From contig JAAILG010000025.1 in assembly GCA_012026655.1 (NCBI GenBank), positions 124,001 through 188,000 of the forward strand: a stretch of DNA of 64,000 nucleotides, in the 5' to 3' direction. Below, piece by piece: positions 39,370-52,338 of the stretch (the first letter of the stretch is position 1; every line of letters begins with the position of its first letter). This DNA comes from Hydrolagus affinis (taxonomy: Eukaryota). Below the pieces are notes generated by a model, which was not told the DNA's origin, made no database searches, and saw nothing but the letters and a program-made list of their open reading frames with translations. The position numbers and the translations under genes were made by a program.

Positions 39370-41834
39370 GTCAGCTGGCGTTCCTTGTTTTTGCACTTCC
39401 CATCCCCGCACCCTCCCCATTCCCCCTCTTTATATTTGAGGACACAAGTATGAGTAAAAGCATGGCCAGCCCTTCTAAAGGGACCAAAGCTGCAAGTTTG
39501 TCTTAACCGCAGTCCTTGCCTGTTCCTATTAACAATTATAGACTTTCCACTTTATTTAATATAAACCCCCTTTTTTAAAAGAAAGTGCCTGGAACTACAT
39601 TTAACATGTCAAATCCAACCACTTGGATAACCTGCCTGTAGTAAACATTTTCTTCCTTTCAAAACCCATCTGGAGTTGTTGATTGCTTTGCAAATATTAC
39701 TAATTAAACGTTCGTGCATATTTCTGTTGAACAATAACTTTTAATGCTACTGCCACAACTTGATTTGAAAAACAATTGAACAGTATTAATATCAATCTTC
39801 GCCTTGGATCCGTGCAACTGAGAGACTTTGGGTCACTAGCATGTGTAATTCTTTGAGTGAAAAGGAAGGTTTTAGTGCTGAGAATAACATGTTCCATGAC
39901 CTCGAGCTAAGAAAAACATCAGCTTTCTGTTTCAGTTTTATGATAACCCCAAATTCACTTCGCACATGTCATATTGTTGAAAGAAATGTTTTGCCATCGC
40001 CAAACAACATTAAGTACTTTAAGCGATTAATAACTTTCTTTTTAACAGTCTCCCCTCCCAAGTTAGTTTATTGAGTTTGTGTGGCTGAGCCATCCAAACT
40101 GGGAATGTTCCAGGTTTAATCACAGTCTGGGCTTGAATTGATTGATCTGAACCGGAGCCCCACGAGGGATACTACAGTACAATTAAACTCAGTGGTCAGG
40201 CTTGCTTTCATTGCATCAGGGCAGCAGAACGAAAGACAGGGTTAGGATTTCAAAGGGCGATTTAAGGACAGACACCAGAAGGTAATATAGAGATTGGAAT
40301 GGATTATCAGGAAGGCTGGTTGAGGTTCAGAACATTGGACTCATTCAAAAAGTAGCCATTTGCAGGGAGTAATCTGGAAGAATGAGATAAAATGGGCTGA
40401 AGGGCCTTTTGTCACCTGTCCTTTTGTGACCTGATAAGGGGAAAACCCCCACCCCACTGGCTCACTATCCTTCTGCTGTCTAGTGACCCCTGGTGGAAAT
40501 GTATATTACCAGTACTGTATATGAACAACAGAAATTGGATTTGGCTTTGGGAAGTAATACTGTACCAGTATAATTTTCTACTGAAGATCATTTTGGATCG
40601 TCTCAAGAATATTCAACCCTTCATCAAAAGAAATCTGCTTGAAAATCCCCCTCCTTCTTGCTTTTTCTTATGAAAAAAAATTGTTTAACCTAAAAAATTA
40701 CAAGTTGGGAACAAGAATGCTTCTGATCAGTTTAAAAACTCATGTCTGGGGTAGTTCATTCGAAAGTAGCCAATTTTCTCCATACCTGACAGTCTAACCG
40801 GGCACTTGATCTGCCATATAGAGAGGCAACAGATTGCAATGTCAGCCACAAAAAAACTAGTTCTAATCCTGAGTGTAGCCGTTGGAAAGGGGGCTTTCTA
40901 TCCAGCTGCTGCCCATCTATTTGCAATCCTTATTCCACGCCATGTCGATCTCACAAACGCACGCATGTAGAGTGATTTTTCTTCCCCTAAATTCTAACCT
41001 GTTCTCAAAAACAGATATGTTTTCTTGCGATTGATAATGGAAGATGATTCTGGGTCAGGTGTAAAATCCCCTAGATTTTGGTCATTGTGTGTGTGTGTGT
41101 TTTTCAGTAAATACAAAGACTTAACAATAAGTGTTTTCGTTGGCATCGATTTATTGACTCGCTCATAGCCAGGAATGTGGAATCGCATGCCTCATCACAC
41201 TTCAATTAGTTTTTATGCAGTAAATGGAGAAGAAGTGTGCAGAACATTAAAACTCTGGGTTCACTGCTGCATTTAGTCAAGGGCAACGGAGACTGCATAG
41301 ATCTGCACAATCGTGGAAATTCAGACAATCCGACATGGCAATTCATTGAGGTCTTGGCACACTCGAGAAATTTGAATGGGTTCTAGGTCAAGACACAGAT
41401 GGTTCGTTCGTTTCGTTTTTACTGTAAAGAGGACAGTGTGCAGCATGGTAACCTGTCTCCCGTGCTTTTTAGTGGGTCTTAATATATTCAAAGATTAATG
41501 TATCGTCAGCATTTACAATGTTGGGAGCAGGTTTGTCCATTGTCCACCAATCTCTACTCTAATGTGTTTTCTTCAGTTTTTTTTATTTTATGGCTTCATG
41601 TTGACTCATTGGTGTGTGGTTGCTTTAATCCTCTGCATTTCTAGGACAGCCCACTCTGGCTGGACTGTGTGTGTGTATCTGAATTAAAACCATTGCTGTG
41701 CGATTGATATCATACTTTGGCTATGGTAACCCTGTTTCAGCTGATGGCAGACTGGCTGCACATTGTTCTGTATCACAGATGTACAAGATAGGTTCTGTAT
41801 TTCCATTTTATTCTCTTGATTTGTTTGTCTCTAG

Positions 41835-41983
41835 GCTTCCAGGTCCCACGACGAGAGTGTCAGCTGCAGGCAGCGAGACCAAGACTCGTGTGACGTCCAG
41901 TACAAATAACCGACGCAGTCAGAGTTTTAACAACACTGATAAGTCCAAACCAGGTCACCCGCCAGCAACAAATAATGAGACAG
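41835..41983 (+). CDS. NAV2: NAV2 exon (RLPGPTTRVSAAGSETKTRVTSSTNNRRSQSFNNTDKSKPGHPPATNNET)
   Basis: ctctag acceptor and G|gtaata donor; 149 nt, phase 2-1. Contains the conserved RLPGP and NNRRSQSFN motifs. Confidence 0.96.
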
Positions 41984-42078
41984 GTAATAAATGTTGTTTC
42001 TTCTCATCTTAAAGTCTTAAAGTACACTTAGTCAACAACAACTTCGATTTATATATAGCGCCCTCCACGCCGGACGGC

Positions 42079-42302
42079 GTCCTCACTTAACATCACAGTC
42101 ATGTTCGCAAAAAGTGCGACTTTAAGTGAAATGACGTTAAGCGAACCCGTGCAAGAATACTGGACGATGAATGTCAATGTACACCTACGCTACCGAAAGT
42201 AGTTTGTCTCCACCTGCGTGAATGACGTAATAGCGAATGAATATATGTTCCCCTGTGTATCAGCAACGTCATAACGAAGCAACGTTAAGAGAGGTCTACC
42301 TG
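42079..42302 (-). mobile_element. Tigger/pogo-like MITE, second copy with one terminus clipped
   Basis: Reverse-complement similarity to 23000-23262; ends acgttaagagaggtctacctg|ta. Confidence 0.75.
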
Positions 42303-42387
42303 TATTTTACCCCGTGCTTTAGAAGCGCCACATCACGCAGGGAATGACATACATGGGCATTAGGGATGCTCAGTATTAAATGTTTTA

Positions 42388-42418
<31 letters not shown>

Positions 42419-43724
42419 GCTTGTATGTAACTTGTATATGTTTTACTGGATTGGGAAAGGCTGGTATATGATCTTGAGGGAAAGTTGTTAGCAGTTTGTG
42501 ATTATATCTGTTGGAACTTTTGTAAAGACAGATAGCGGTAAATGGAAAGAAACTCATTTAAAAAAAAAGTTGATTTGTTGCAGGTTTTATGAATTACTGT
42601 GGCAATAGTTGCATCTGACGTTTCATTTTAGTTTTTCGCTATACAATTTACGGACGTACACAGAGATAAAGTACTTTGGATCTCTGCGATTCAGAATTTG
42701 CCTGCAACGGTCAATAACCTCTCACTCCGTCAGTGCAGTTAATAAGTGTGGCCTTTCTTAACATCACAAAGTTGAATGGACGCCAACTGTCAAAGAGATA
42801 TGATAAAGAGGAACCTTTAATGTCGCTCAGTGTAATTTGTGCGCTTTCCAGGCAACAAATTATATATTTATTATAAAGGGAGGGTGGTTAGTTTTGGATT
42901 GATTCTTCCGCATGTAATACAGGCCTTTGTGGTTGGGTCTGTAGTTCAATGGGAGCATTTTTGGATACAGATTAAAATAAACTTTCTGTGATTATTCTAT
43001 TTTATCTTGTACAATATTTCTTCCAATGTTTCTGGTGAGGCATGTATTTTGATCCTTACCCCTGGGGATCAACCCTGGAACCTTCCCTGACTGTTTGGTT
43101 TGTGTAAGAGAATTAAAAGTAAATGAATAGATCAATCAGTCCCAATGTGCTAAGTGTGCTAATGTTTGCCGAGAATACTACACTCCTTGTCAAAATCAGC
43201 ACAGTTATTATCAGCACAGTGGTGTTGATTGAACAATTGACTTACTTTTGGTACCTGGCTGGGCTGGAGAACAAAAAATATCAGATGGCGTTTCTGCTGT
43301 GATAATTTTTTTCTGTGAATCCCTGGTTGAGAAATGAATGTGTGCGTGTGTGTGTGTATGTGTATGTATGGATGTATCGGAAGCAGGATTTCTAATCACC
43401 TGAAAAATGTACCTGAAAAATAGCCAGTTAAGTGAGATGGCATTGCAGAGATGACAAGGGCACATCACCAGGTAACACCGTAACCGCAGCCAAGTTCTGT
43501 GACTCTATTTTGAATTTGATATACTCAATCATTTTTATACTCTCTGTTAAATTTATTTAATTCTAGTGAGATTTTTTTTTTCCTGGGGTGGAGCGTGATG
43601 GAGGTGGGGGAGAGTAGGAAAGCAAGTTGAATAAAGAATATTCTTGTCACACAAAACTGACTGGCTCGTCAATAATTTCTCATTCAGAACCAAACATTGC
43701 TTTTCAAAGACATTTACTACACAA

Positions 43725-43742
43725 TGCCAGCAGGGGGCAGCT
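43725..43742 (+). promoter_or_regulatory. CTCF-like motif
   Basis: TGCCAGCAGGGGGCAGCT matches the CTCF core consensus. Motif evidence only. Confidence 0.5.
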
Positions 43743-44085
43743 CTTTACTTGAATTACTGAATCACAAGAGGCAAAAAAATAATCTGCTGCCTTGAGTTAG
43801 CATGATTTATGACCTGAATCACTCAGATCACAGCCTTGTTATTTCCTCAGAGTCCTATAGTGTTTTGCAAAGATGCAATGATAGTAATTGGGGCAGATTA
43901 AGTTTAGCACCGAAGAGAAACATTCATTGGCTTCAGTTATATTTATTGAACTAAAACGAGGTTAAACTTGGATTGATTATGGATTAAATACTAAATGACA
44001 AAAGCAATCAAACTTCAAAAAGCTTCATAGAAATGATGGTTAATTGATGGTTAATGTTTTCTGCGGTTACTTCATATTATGCAGT

Positions 44086-44300
44086 GGAGTTCTGTAGCTC
44101 AGTGGTTACACACGCCTTGTCAAGCAAGAGACCTGGGTTCAATTCCAGGCCTAATAATAATCCCTCAAAAGAAATATACCTTGGATGTTGGGAGCATAAA
44201 GTGCAGTGGCTGTATATTTTGTAAGCGAATGTGGCAGCTAATTTGCAAACAGTAACATTACACAAACAGCCACAAAGTACAGTATATGACCAATTTTATT
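44086..44300 (+). mobile_element. Family A SINE head with internal deletion, followed by a reversed fragment
   Basis: ggagttctgtagctcagtggtta...gttcaattccagg joined directly to cctaataataatccctc, then a minus-strand core fragment. Confidence 0.65.
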
Positions 44301-44925
44301 TGGTGCATTGTTGACTGGGAGACTTGTAATAGTGCTGCGCTGTCTTTGATGCGATGAATAAATCTGTACTACAGTACTTTGCTATCAGCTCAAAATATTA
44401 CTTTTAAAACCTGCAGGAGCCTCTTTCCTATTAAACATGCCAGTCTTACTGCATTTTGCTGTAATCATGAACTCCTTATTACCACAGGGTCTCGATGTTC
44501 CACACACTATTCTCTCTGCCCACACTATTCTTTCTATCCACAAAGAATGCTTGCTTAGCATTCCTCACCACTGCTGTACGACCCACGCCTTGTTTTGGCT
44601 CGGTGCAAATATTTATGTTTAGAGAGCTTTTACACGTGAGAATGTTGTTATTAGCATTTCAGCCCTGTCAAGGGGGCTGCATAATTTCCTTTCATGTTAA
44701 ACTTGAATTAGCAATTCTCTTATGGAGAGTGTGGTTGTTGTTGCGGTTCTGTTTATATGAAATATTCACTTGCTTTCGGCAGCTATTTTCATACAGAGGG
44801 TGAATTGATTTACGTAGGCAGCCTGCAATAGCACTCTGTAATATTTATTTATTATTTATTTAGAAACACAATACGTGTCTTGTAAATTCACCTTACAGTA
44901 TATATTCTGTGAAGCGCTTTGAGAC

Positions 44926-45258
44926 AATAATAATCCTTGCATTTGATATAGTGCTTTTCACATCTTATCGAGGTCCCAAAGCGCTTCACAGAATATACTG
45001 TAAAGTGAATTGACTGTATATTTTTGGGCGAATCGTGGCAGCCAATTGCGCACAGCAGTGTCCCCACAAACAGTTGTGGATTGAAATTACCAATTTTATT
45101 ATTGTGGTTTTTTTGGATGGATTATTATTAGGTACGTGGAGTAAGGAAACTTGCCCAAGGTTTCGCCCTGACCTGCCTGGATTCGAACACAGGTCTCCCC
45201 AGCTTGGTCTCCCCAGCTTACAAGACAAGTGCTCTAACTACTTAGCCACAGGAACTCC
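44926..45258 (-). mobile_element. Family A SINE, full length, nested in a + strand family A tail
   Basis: The host tail is split into 44885-44925 (...gcgctttgagac) and 45259-45305 (atcgcaaagatgtgaaaagcgctatatcaaatgcaagg). Confidence 0.9.
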
Positions 45259-47454
45259 ATCGCAAAGATGTGAAAAGCGCTATATCAAATGCAAGGATTA
45301 TTATTTATATTATTATCATTTATCCTGCTACCTCTGAAAGAGCTGACCTCCCCAACCAACACATATATACTCACCCAGCAGTGCTACAGTCAGTGACATT
45401 GTTGTGTTGAGTGTGGTATAAGTCATGTTGCTGAAATGCAATGCCCTTGTATTCCATCGTTCCCGGAGAGCGAAGAGTGATGGGAGAGGGGGTTGGTGAG
45501 TGGGGAGGGGTTGCGTATAACTAAAGTACCAGAGACTGAGTCAGTGTAGAGACGCCACTGGGGAGAATCGTTTCCACAAATCCTTTGTGGTCCCCCAATC
45601 TGCAGAGTTCCTTTCAATCTGGCAGGAAACCACACTTGTTTTTACACTGTCTAAATTGTTTCCTTACATCAATGGCTCCATTTCATCAAATTTAAAATGA
45701 TTGTGTTTTTTTTTAACCTTGGTAATTATCCAGCTAAAACGGCCATGCAGTTTATTGGTGAAGTGGCTTCATTTGAAGAGCAATTGTAACTGCTCAACGA
45801 GGCCAGATTCACTCAGTGAGGCATTGCTCACTCAGATGAAAGAAAGATGCCAATATTATTTTGTAGCATTACATTAGTTGTTGGCAGTTAATGTGCGTTT
45901 GCATGCAATTGACCAAACGTAACGATCTGAGCTCTGTAGGAGTAGAAAGCCTCAACAGTGTGTAGACTCGGAGCCAGTAAACATTGGGAGCTTTAAAAGG
46001 AATTACAGGCTTTATTTTCATTGTTTTAAGGTGAATAAAAGTCTCAGTCAACCTAGGTTGCTCGGTGACCAAATTGGAGGAGGGGTGGGGTGGGAGAGGA
46101 AGAACAACGAACACTAAGTTACCAGTTCAAACCTTGCACTTTGACCTTTCATTACAACCTGATTCTCTCTCTTGTCTCTCTCTGTATCTCTCGCTCAATA
46201 TTTTTTTCTCTCTGGAGGAAGTCATAAGAAGAGATCCCAGCTTCTTGAAAGGTTTGTAAAGCGCCAACCCGTTAGTTCCATTGTACGTACGAGACAGTGG
46301 TCCTCTTTTTTCAGCGGTGCAAAGGTAACAAACTTACATCAAGGACGTCTCTTTGTTGCAGCTCTCTTGTTCCAAATTCTTTATTTTCAGCACTCTCACT
46401 GCAGGAAAAGACCAGTAACTGTCCAGTTCATTTAGGGCAACACAATGCCTGAGGAGCCACTGTGAACCAGTGTGGAATTTGCTAAAACAGCTCTGATTGT
46501 TGGAGACTGATGAAGCGATCATCAATTTACAGATTAACTTCTGTTTCATGTAGTCAATGGATCCTCTTTTCAGAGGAAACTAGTTTTATCTGAATTTACA
46601 CAGAGAAATCTTTGTTTTTTAAAGTGTTGCCAGTCTTGTTGATCCAGATGGAGGCTTTAGCCCAAACCCGTTTATTGTCTTGCCCTTCTCATAGCGTGAA
46701 TGTTGGTTGGTCCACATTTATGGGGGAGCTTCTGATGTTTGTCCTTGTCAACAGATGTCCTTGTAATTTAAATAGTTTTTTTTTACAAAAAAAAAGGTTT
46801 TATGCAGCATTAGCTCGTTTGAACCAGTACATAATAAGAGTATTTGACCAAACTAGTGGCACCAAAAGGCTGTTGTAAACTATTTTACAGGGAACTTGGA
46901 TGCTTTCATTTGATAATTGGCCACCAATCCTACAAAGCCCTTGGGGTGAAACTTAGGAGGATTCAGTGAACTTCAATTGTTTCAGATGTAGATGTTAATT
47001 ATGTTTCCTCAATTCCGATTAGTGCCGTTAATTTGCCCCTGACCTTTGGTGATGAGTCATTAGCTTAACTATTTGTTGCTCGGGAGGAAACTGTTTTTAT
47101 ACTTCATAAGTAACTCCCCCCCCCCCCGCCCACCGAAACCAAAAACCTAATCTCTGTACATCTCCCAAACTGTTTTTTCCTCCAAGTAAGAAAGCAGCAC
47201 ATGAAAGTTACCTTCCCTTGACCCTTTACTGACAAAGACTTAAATAGGTGAAATGGGTTTAGCTTCAATAATCTGTGGAAAAGATGCTCTGTTGATAGCC
47301 CATGAATAATGAGTGATGCAGAATCTTATTGAACTCCGTTGGACACACCCTTAACAGATGTGAGGTATGTTTTGTGAGCAGGGAATCCACAGGAATGGAA
47401 CTGGTGGATCTGTGGGCCTCACTTCATTTTATGTATAATATGTATAATAAATCC

Positions 47455-47770
47455 TGATGCTTCTCTGTGACTCAGTGGATACAGATCAGGAAGATATGAG
47501 GTTTGATCCCAGCTAATTTCAGGCAGTAAAGGCAGTGGGGGGGTGGGGGGGCGAAATTTCAACAAAGATTTCTCTTCCTGATCGCTATCCGGTGACCACT
47601 GCTAGAGAATGTGCATATGTGGTCATTGGGTGAGGACAGGATTGAGTTCAGCTGTGATGCCCAACCCCCCCCCATCCTGCCAAAAAAGCTTACCAATCCT
47701 CATGATCCTGGCTCCCAAGTGAATAAGAGCCAACTTGACATGGTACAGCCGTGGGAGAGAACATTTCCTT
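47455..47770 (+). mobile_element. Older SINE family B
   Basis: gactcagtgg...ggtttgatccc head and cctgatcgctatccggtgacc...gggtgaggacaggattgag core. Related pieces at about 40080-40500, 54050-54260, 55340-55600 (-), 23740-24000 (-) and 63770-63900 (-). Confidence 0.6.
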
Positions 47771-48372
47771 CAGCAAGAAACTATTATTCGTAATTTCTCT
47801 GCGCGCAGTTTAAAAGGAGCACACTTTGTTTCTAAGCATTTGCCGTTTAGCATTTGGTGAAGGCATTGGTTCACAGCCCCACTGGAGAAAAACACAGTTG
47901 TTAGTTAGTAAGCGGGTAAAAATGTGAACAAAAGAGATCGATAAATAAACACACCAGAATTAGGATATATAGCTCGCAGTGAGTATCGTTTTTTGATTAT
48001 TGTATTATCATTAAAAAAAACTTTGCATACTCAGCACATTAAATGGATTGGTTTTCGTCTGCTTCATAATTATAAGTGTGAAACAACTAACAGTGGGGAA
48101 AAAAACTATGTTCACGTAACTTGTTGGTTGGTGTAATATATACCTCATTGTTCAGAATATTAAAGCTGGAATCTTTTAAATTCTGAAATGTAATTGGTCT
48201 GCTTTGTCAGAAGAGGTCGACAACAACAACTTTGATTTATATAGCACCCTCCACGCCGGACAGTGTCTCAGAGCGCTTCAAAGTCGGTGACTGTTGGGAA
48301 TTTATACCATTTGTATAAAATATCCTGGGAAATGCATTATTTCCAGCACCATGGGATGTCCTCCCGATGCGA

Positions 48373-48630
48373 AACAACAACAACAAAATTGCACTTATAA
48401 AGCGCCTTTCGCTTCAGGAGGACGTCCTAAAGCACTGAACAGTCAGGTCGGGACCCGAGCCGGGGTGGGGGGGGGAATAGAGGGAAGGAGAGGGGGAAGA
48501 GTTAGTGGGGGATCCGAAGGCGCGGTCGAAGAGGAAGGTCTTGAGACGGGCCTTGAAGGAGGAAAGGGAGGAAGCAAGGCGGAGGGGCTGCGTGTTGGAG
48601 TTCCACAGTGCGGGAGCAGAGAGGCTGAAA
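48373..48630 (-). mobile_element. L2-clade LINE 3' fragment
   Basis: (TGT)n tail and L2 3' stem-loop. The decayed ORF2 end (ggagttccacag, corresponding to LWNS on the minus strand) is shared with the copies at 56915 and 62904. Confidence 0.75.
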
Positions 48631-50774
48631 GGTGCTTATACAAATGTAATTTGTTGTTATACCATTGTTGCAAAAGTAGAACCCGTGTTGATGGTGTGAG
48701 CCTATTCTGTGCCACTGACTAACAACTAACTATATGTTTCCTTCCTTATGGGGTGGGGGTGGAAACAAATAATATTTATGGACAGACTTTGGACAAGGCA
48801 GTGTGATCTAGCAATTGAGCATTGCATTCAAGCTTAATACTGTACATGCTCTGGGTTGATTTCCACATTTGCTTTTTCCTACGAGTTGTTTTACCAGTTT
48901 GGTGCCCTGCAATGCAAGGGGAGGTTCATTGCACAGTGAGTGTTGGGTACTGTGATGTGAGAGTGATATATACTGCAGGATATCTCAGCTGTTTTTCCAC
49001 CTTCGAGCACTATCTTTGTCAATCAGTAACTTCAACCTGCCAAATTTTCAGAGAGAGAGAGAGAGAGGGAGAGAAAGATATGGTTCACGTAGCTTCCTAC
49101 CAAACAGACACTAAATTCTTATTTGAGATGAACGTGCATGGATTCATTCACGTGACTGCAAACACTGACCTAGTGCGTCAATGGCTTAGAAATGAGGTAT
49201 TGATTTTCTCTGCAAGGTGATTAGTGTCTTACTCTCATAACTCTGGGCTTCTTTCGCTGCCAGTAATGCTGGAATTTTTCAGTGCATCCAATGCGCCAGG
49301 ACATCTTATACTTGTGAATGCTGTTTTTTTTATCTCGTCAAGACTTAAATGGGGTTTACTATAATACTGCGGAAGAGAAAGCAAAAACAAAAGCTTTGTT
49401 TGATATCTTTGAAGCGCCATGGACATAAATGTGGCTTTCCACTAATCACTTACAAGTGTCTGTGAACGCTATCTCATTATCTTTCAGTTAATTTCTGCAC
49501 GTCTTTGCAGAGATAAAATGGTTCAAATGAAACACCGTCAATCAGAGACCAGCTGTTGCCCGCTTGTAAATGTGGATGTCTGGCATTGTAAGGTCAACGT
49601 ATTGTCCTTAGGTTCATTCTGCAATCATGTCTGCATTTTCTGTCCGGGGCATTGTAGCGGGTTCTAACTCTGTAATGCAATTTAATTAGTCGACGTTGTC
49701 CTTTGTGGAATGCAACTCGCATTATTTCCAGTATTTTCTGCTGTCATCACTACTTTCCCGTCAACTAATGATGTCATTAAACAAGCATGTAGTTTGGGCC
49801 GGTGTCCAGCCTGTGATTGTTATTCAGTAAATTACAGGCGCACAGTTAAAGGGGAAGATGTGCGAGTTGGAACATCAGAGCATCTGGCTCGGATCAAACC
49901 AACTGCAAACTGTAATAAACGTCCTCACAAATTCTTGCAAGTGAAGGAAAGCCGTTGCAATCGGCTTGTGACAGGGCTGACATCAAAAACACGCGGAAAC
50001 GCAAGTTTTGTTTTAACACTCCTGCTCTTTTCCTTTGAATTCAGCAAGACTGTTCCTACAACAGTTAAGCTGACTGGGGGACTTCATCCCGAAATTGGGA
50101 AGCGATTTGAAAGCGATCCGTGAGGCTTTGACAACAAGTGTAAGGAAGCGATTTGTATTTGTATTTCTGTTGCATGAAGAACATTTGCACTTGTGAGCCA
50201 GTGACAGGTGATAGTGCAGTAATTGCATAAAGAAGCAAGTCTGGTTACGCCGTTGTTGAATAGTTTGCACCCGAACCCAGTGCTTTTTAATCAGGTGACA
50301 CATTATCGATGAGACTCTTTGGGTAAGTAAACTGCTCACTAAAAATGTTCATCGATGGACGATGGTTGTGCTAAATGTGTGAATTTGAACTGGGTTCCTT
50401 TATAATTCAAATAATTGCAGGTGGAATAGCCAGGTCTGGAACACACTGCTGATCATTTTTGCAAGAGCCCAAGTATACTGTTCAGTGGTGCAATGCAAGC
50501 TGGAGGTAACAGCACAAGGAATTGACATCAGTGTCTTGCTTCTTGATACTGTAATAAATTAATCAACATTTACAATCGCTTTATTCGCTCTCCTGAATTC
50601 CGCTTTTAATCATCATAAGTAAGGTGATGACTCATGATAAATCTATAGACCAAACGCGCGCACTGGACTTGTGTGGATTTATACTGTAACATGTTTGTTA
50701 TGTTATGGAATTTCCAACAGACTTTTGGAGGCACTTTTTAGTAGTGGAATGATGTTTGATTACTTGAATCCATG

Positions 50775-50938
50775 ACTATTTGTGAGGACGCTGCTGTGCG
50801 CAATTGGTTGCTGTGTTTTGCCCCCAAATCTATTCAGTGAATTCACGTTACAGTATAGTCTGTGAAGTGATTTTAAACATCTCGAAGACATGAAAAGCTC
50901 TCTTATCAAATGCAGGGATTTTTTTGGGTTATTATTAT
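50775..50938 (+). mobile_element. Family A SINE 3' half
   Basis: ctgctgtgcgcaattggttgc core plus tail. Confidence 0.8.
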
Positions 50939-51251
50939 CGGTTGATGCGAGAGATTTTAAAGAGGCGAAACAGGTTTTATAAGTTTTCTGCAATCTGATC
51001 TTACATCTCCTCATCACCTCATTGGGGGCGAAAAATATGTTTGAATATGACAGATCCATTTCAAATGTCAAAATTGCACTGTGCAGACAAGACCAAGACA
51101 AACAACGAGCGAAAAGTATTGACAAAGACTGCTGAAAGAGTATATTTAACCCACCCCCCAAAAAAGCCTTTCCCTTTTATGGAAAGAATTTGAAGGGTCA
51201 GAAGAGTTTGTAGAGTTGTTTCACTTACTATTATCTGTGTTTCCGTTCCAG

Positions 51252-52338
51252 AGCCAGCAGACAATGCGATCCAACAGCCTGGGATGAGTGAGAATGTCCA
51301 GGCTTCAGCAAGCAGCGCTTGTGGAAACACCTCCGCTATCCCCCAACCAAACTCCGCTAAGCCCTGGCGAAGCAAGTCCCTCAATGCCAAGCACACTGCC
51401 ACGTCTTCCATGCTATCTGTGAAGCAACAGCCCGCTCAGGAGCCACCCAAGCCACCTGCTGAGCCAGCCTCCAACGCCAAGTCCAATGCCAACGGCCAAA
51501 AGTCCATGCTGGAGAAGCTAAAGCTGTTCAATAGCAAAAGTGGTTCTAAGGCCAGCGGAACAAGCGTGGACACCTCAGGGCCTCACGAAGGCAGCTGCGA
51601 GCGACTGGAGCCAGCCGCAAACTGTGCGGACGTTAGTGAAATGGACTCCTCGGCCAGAAGTGTTAATAGCCCAGGACCCGCCTCAAACAGCCCCAAAATT
51701 GCACTAAAAGGCATTGCACAAAGGACTATCAGTCGAGCGTTGAGCAATAAGAAAAGCTCGCCAAAAGGCAGTGAGAAGGAGAAGGAGAAGCAGAAGGAGA
51801 AGGAGAAGGACAAAGCGAAGGAGGTCACAAAAAGGGTCTCGATCTCTGAAAAGGTAGACGTGGCAAAGGAGCCAAAAGAGGAACCACCGACATCTACTTC
51901 TGATATGCCAAAAAAGTCCTCGAAGATCACAAGCTTTATCCCAAAAGGAGGGAAACTGAGTGGTGCCAAAAAAGACCCGCCCGCACCTCAACAAAGTGGA
52001 ATACCAAAACCAGGGCTAAAACCTCATACAGGGAAAACGACAAGTGCCCAAGCTCCCGCCAAGGAGACAGAGAGACCCCGCAGCGGGAAGCTGGGCGCTG
52101 GTCTCTCACTGCAGAAAGCACAGTTGGACAGTAAGAACTCAAGCTCCAGTAGTTTAGCCTCATCCGAGGGGAAAGGGCCTGGAGGGATCCCCCCTGCAAA
52201 CAACAGCAACGCTCAGGCTGCCACCACAGCCAGCATGACCCAAACTACAGCAAGTAACACTGTCAGTGTCCAGCTACCTCATCCACAGCAGCAATACAAC
52301 CATCCCAACACTGCCACTGTTGCTCCGTTCATGTACAG
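51252..52338 (+). CDS. NAV2: NAV2 large exon (EPADNAIQQPGMSEN...KPWRSKSL...KSMLEKLKLFNSK...HPNTATVAPFMYR)
   Basis: ttccag acceptor and AG|gtaagg donor; 1087 nt, phase 1-2. Matches the 352-aa ORF 51284..52342, which carries several NAV2 signature motifs. Confidence 0.98.

Noticed and set aside
49591-49616. AGGTCA...GGTTCA half-sites as a retinoic acid response element (NAV2 is RA-inducible)
   Set aside because: The spacing is 13 nt, not DR1, DR2 or DR5. I saw no convincing RARE by eye.
51583-52209. Several minus-strand ORFs
   Set aside because: Antisense shadows of the large NAV2 exon.
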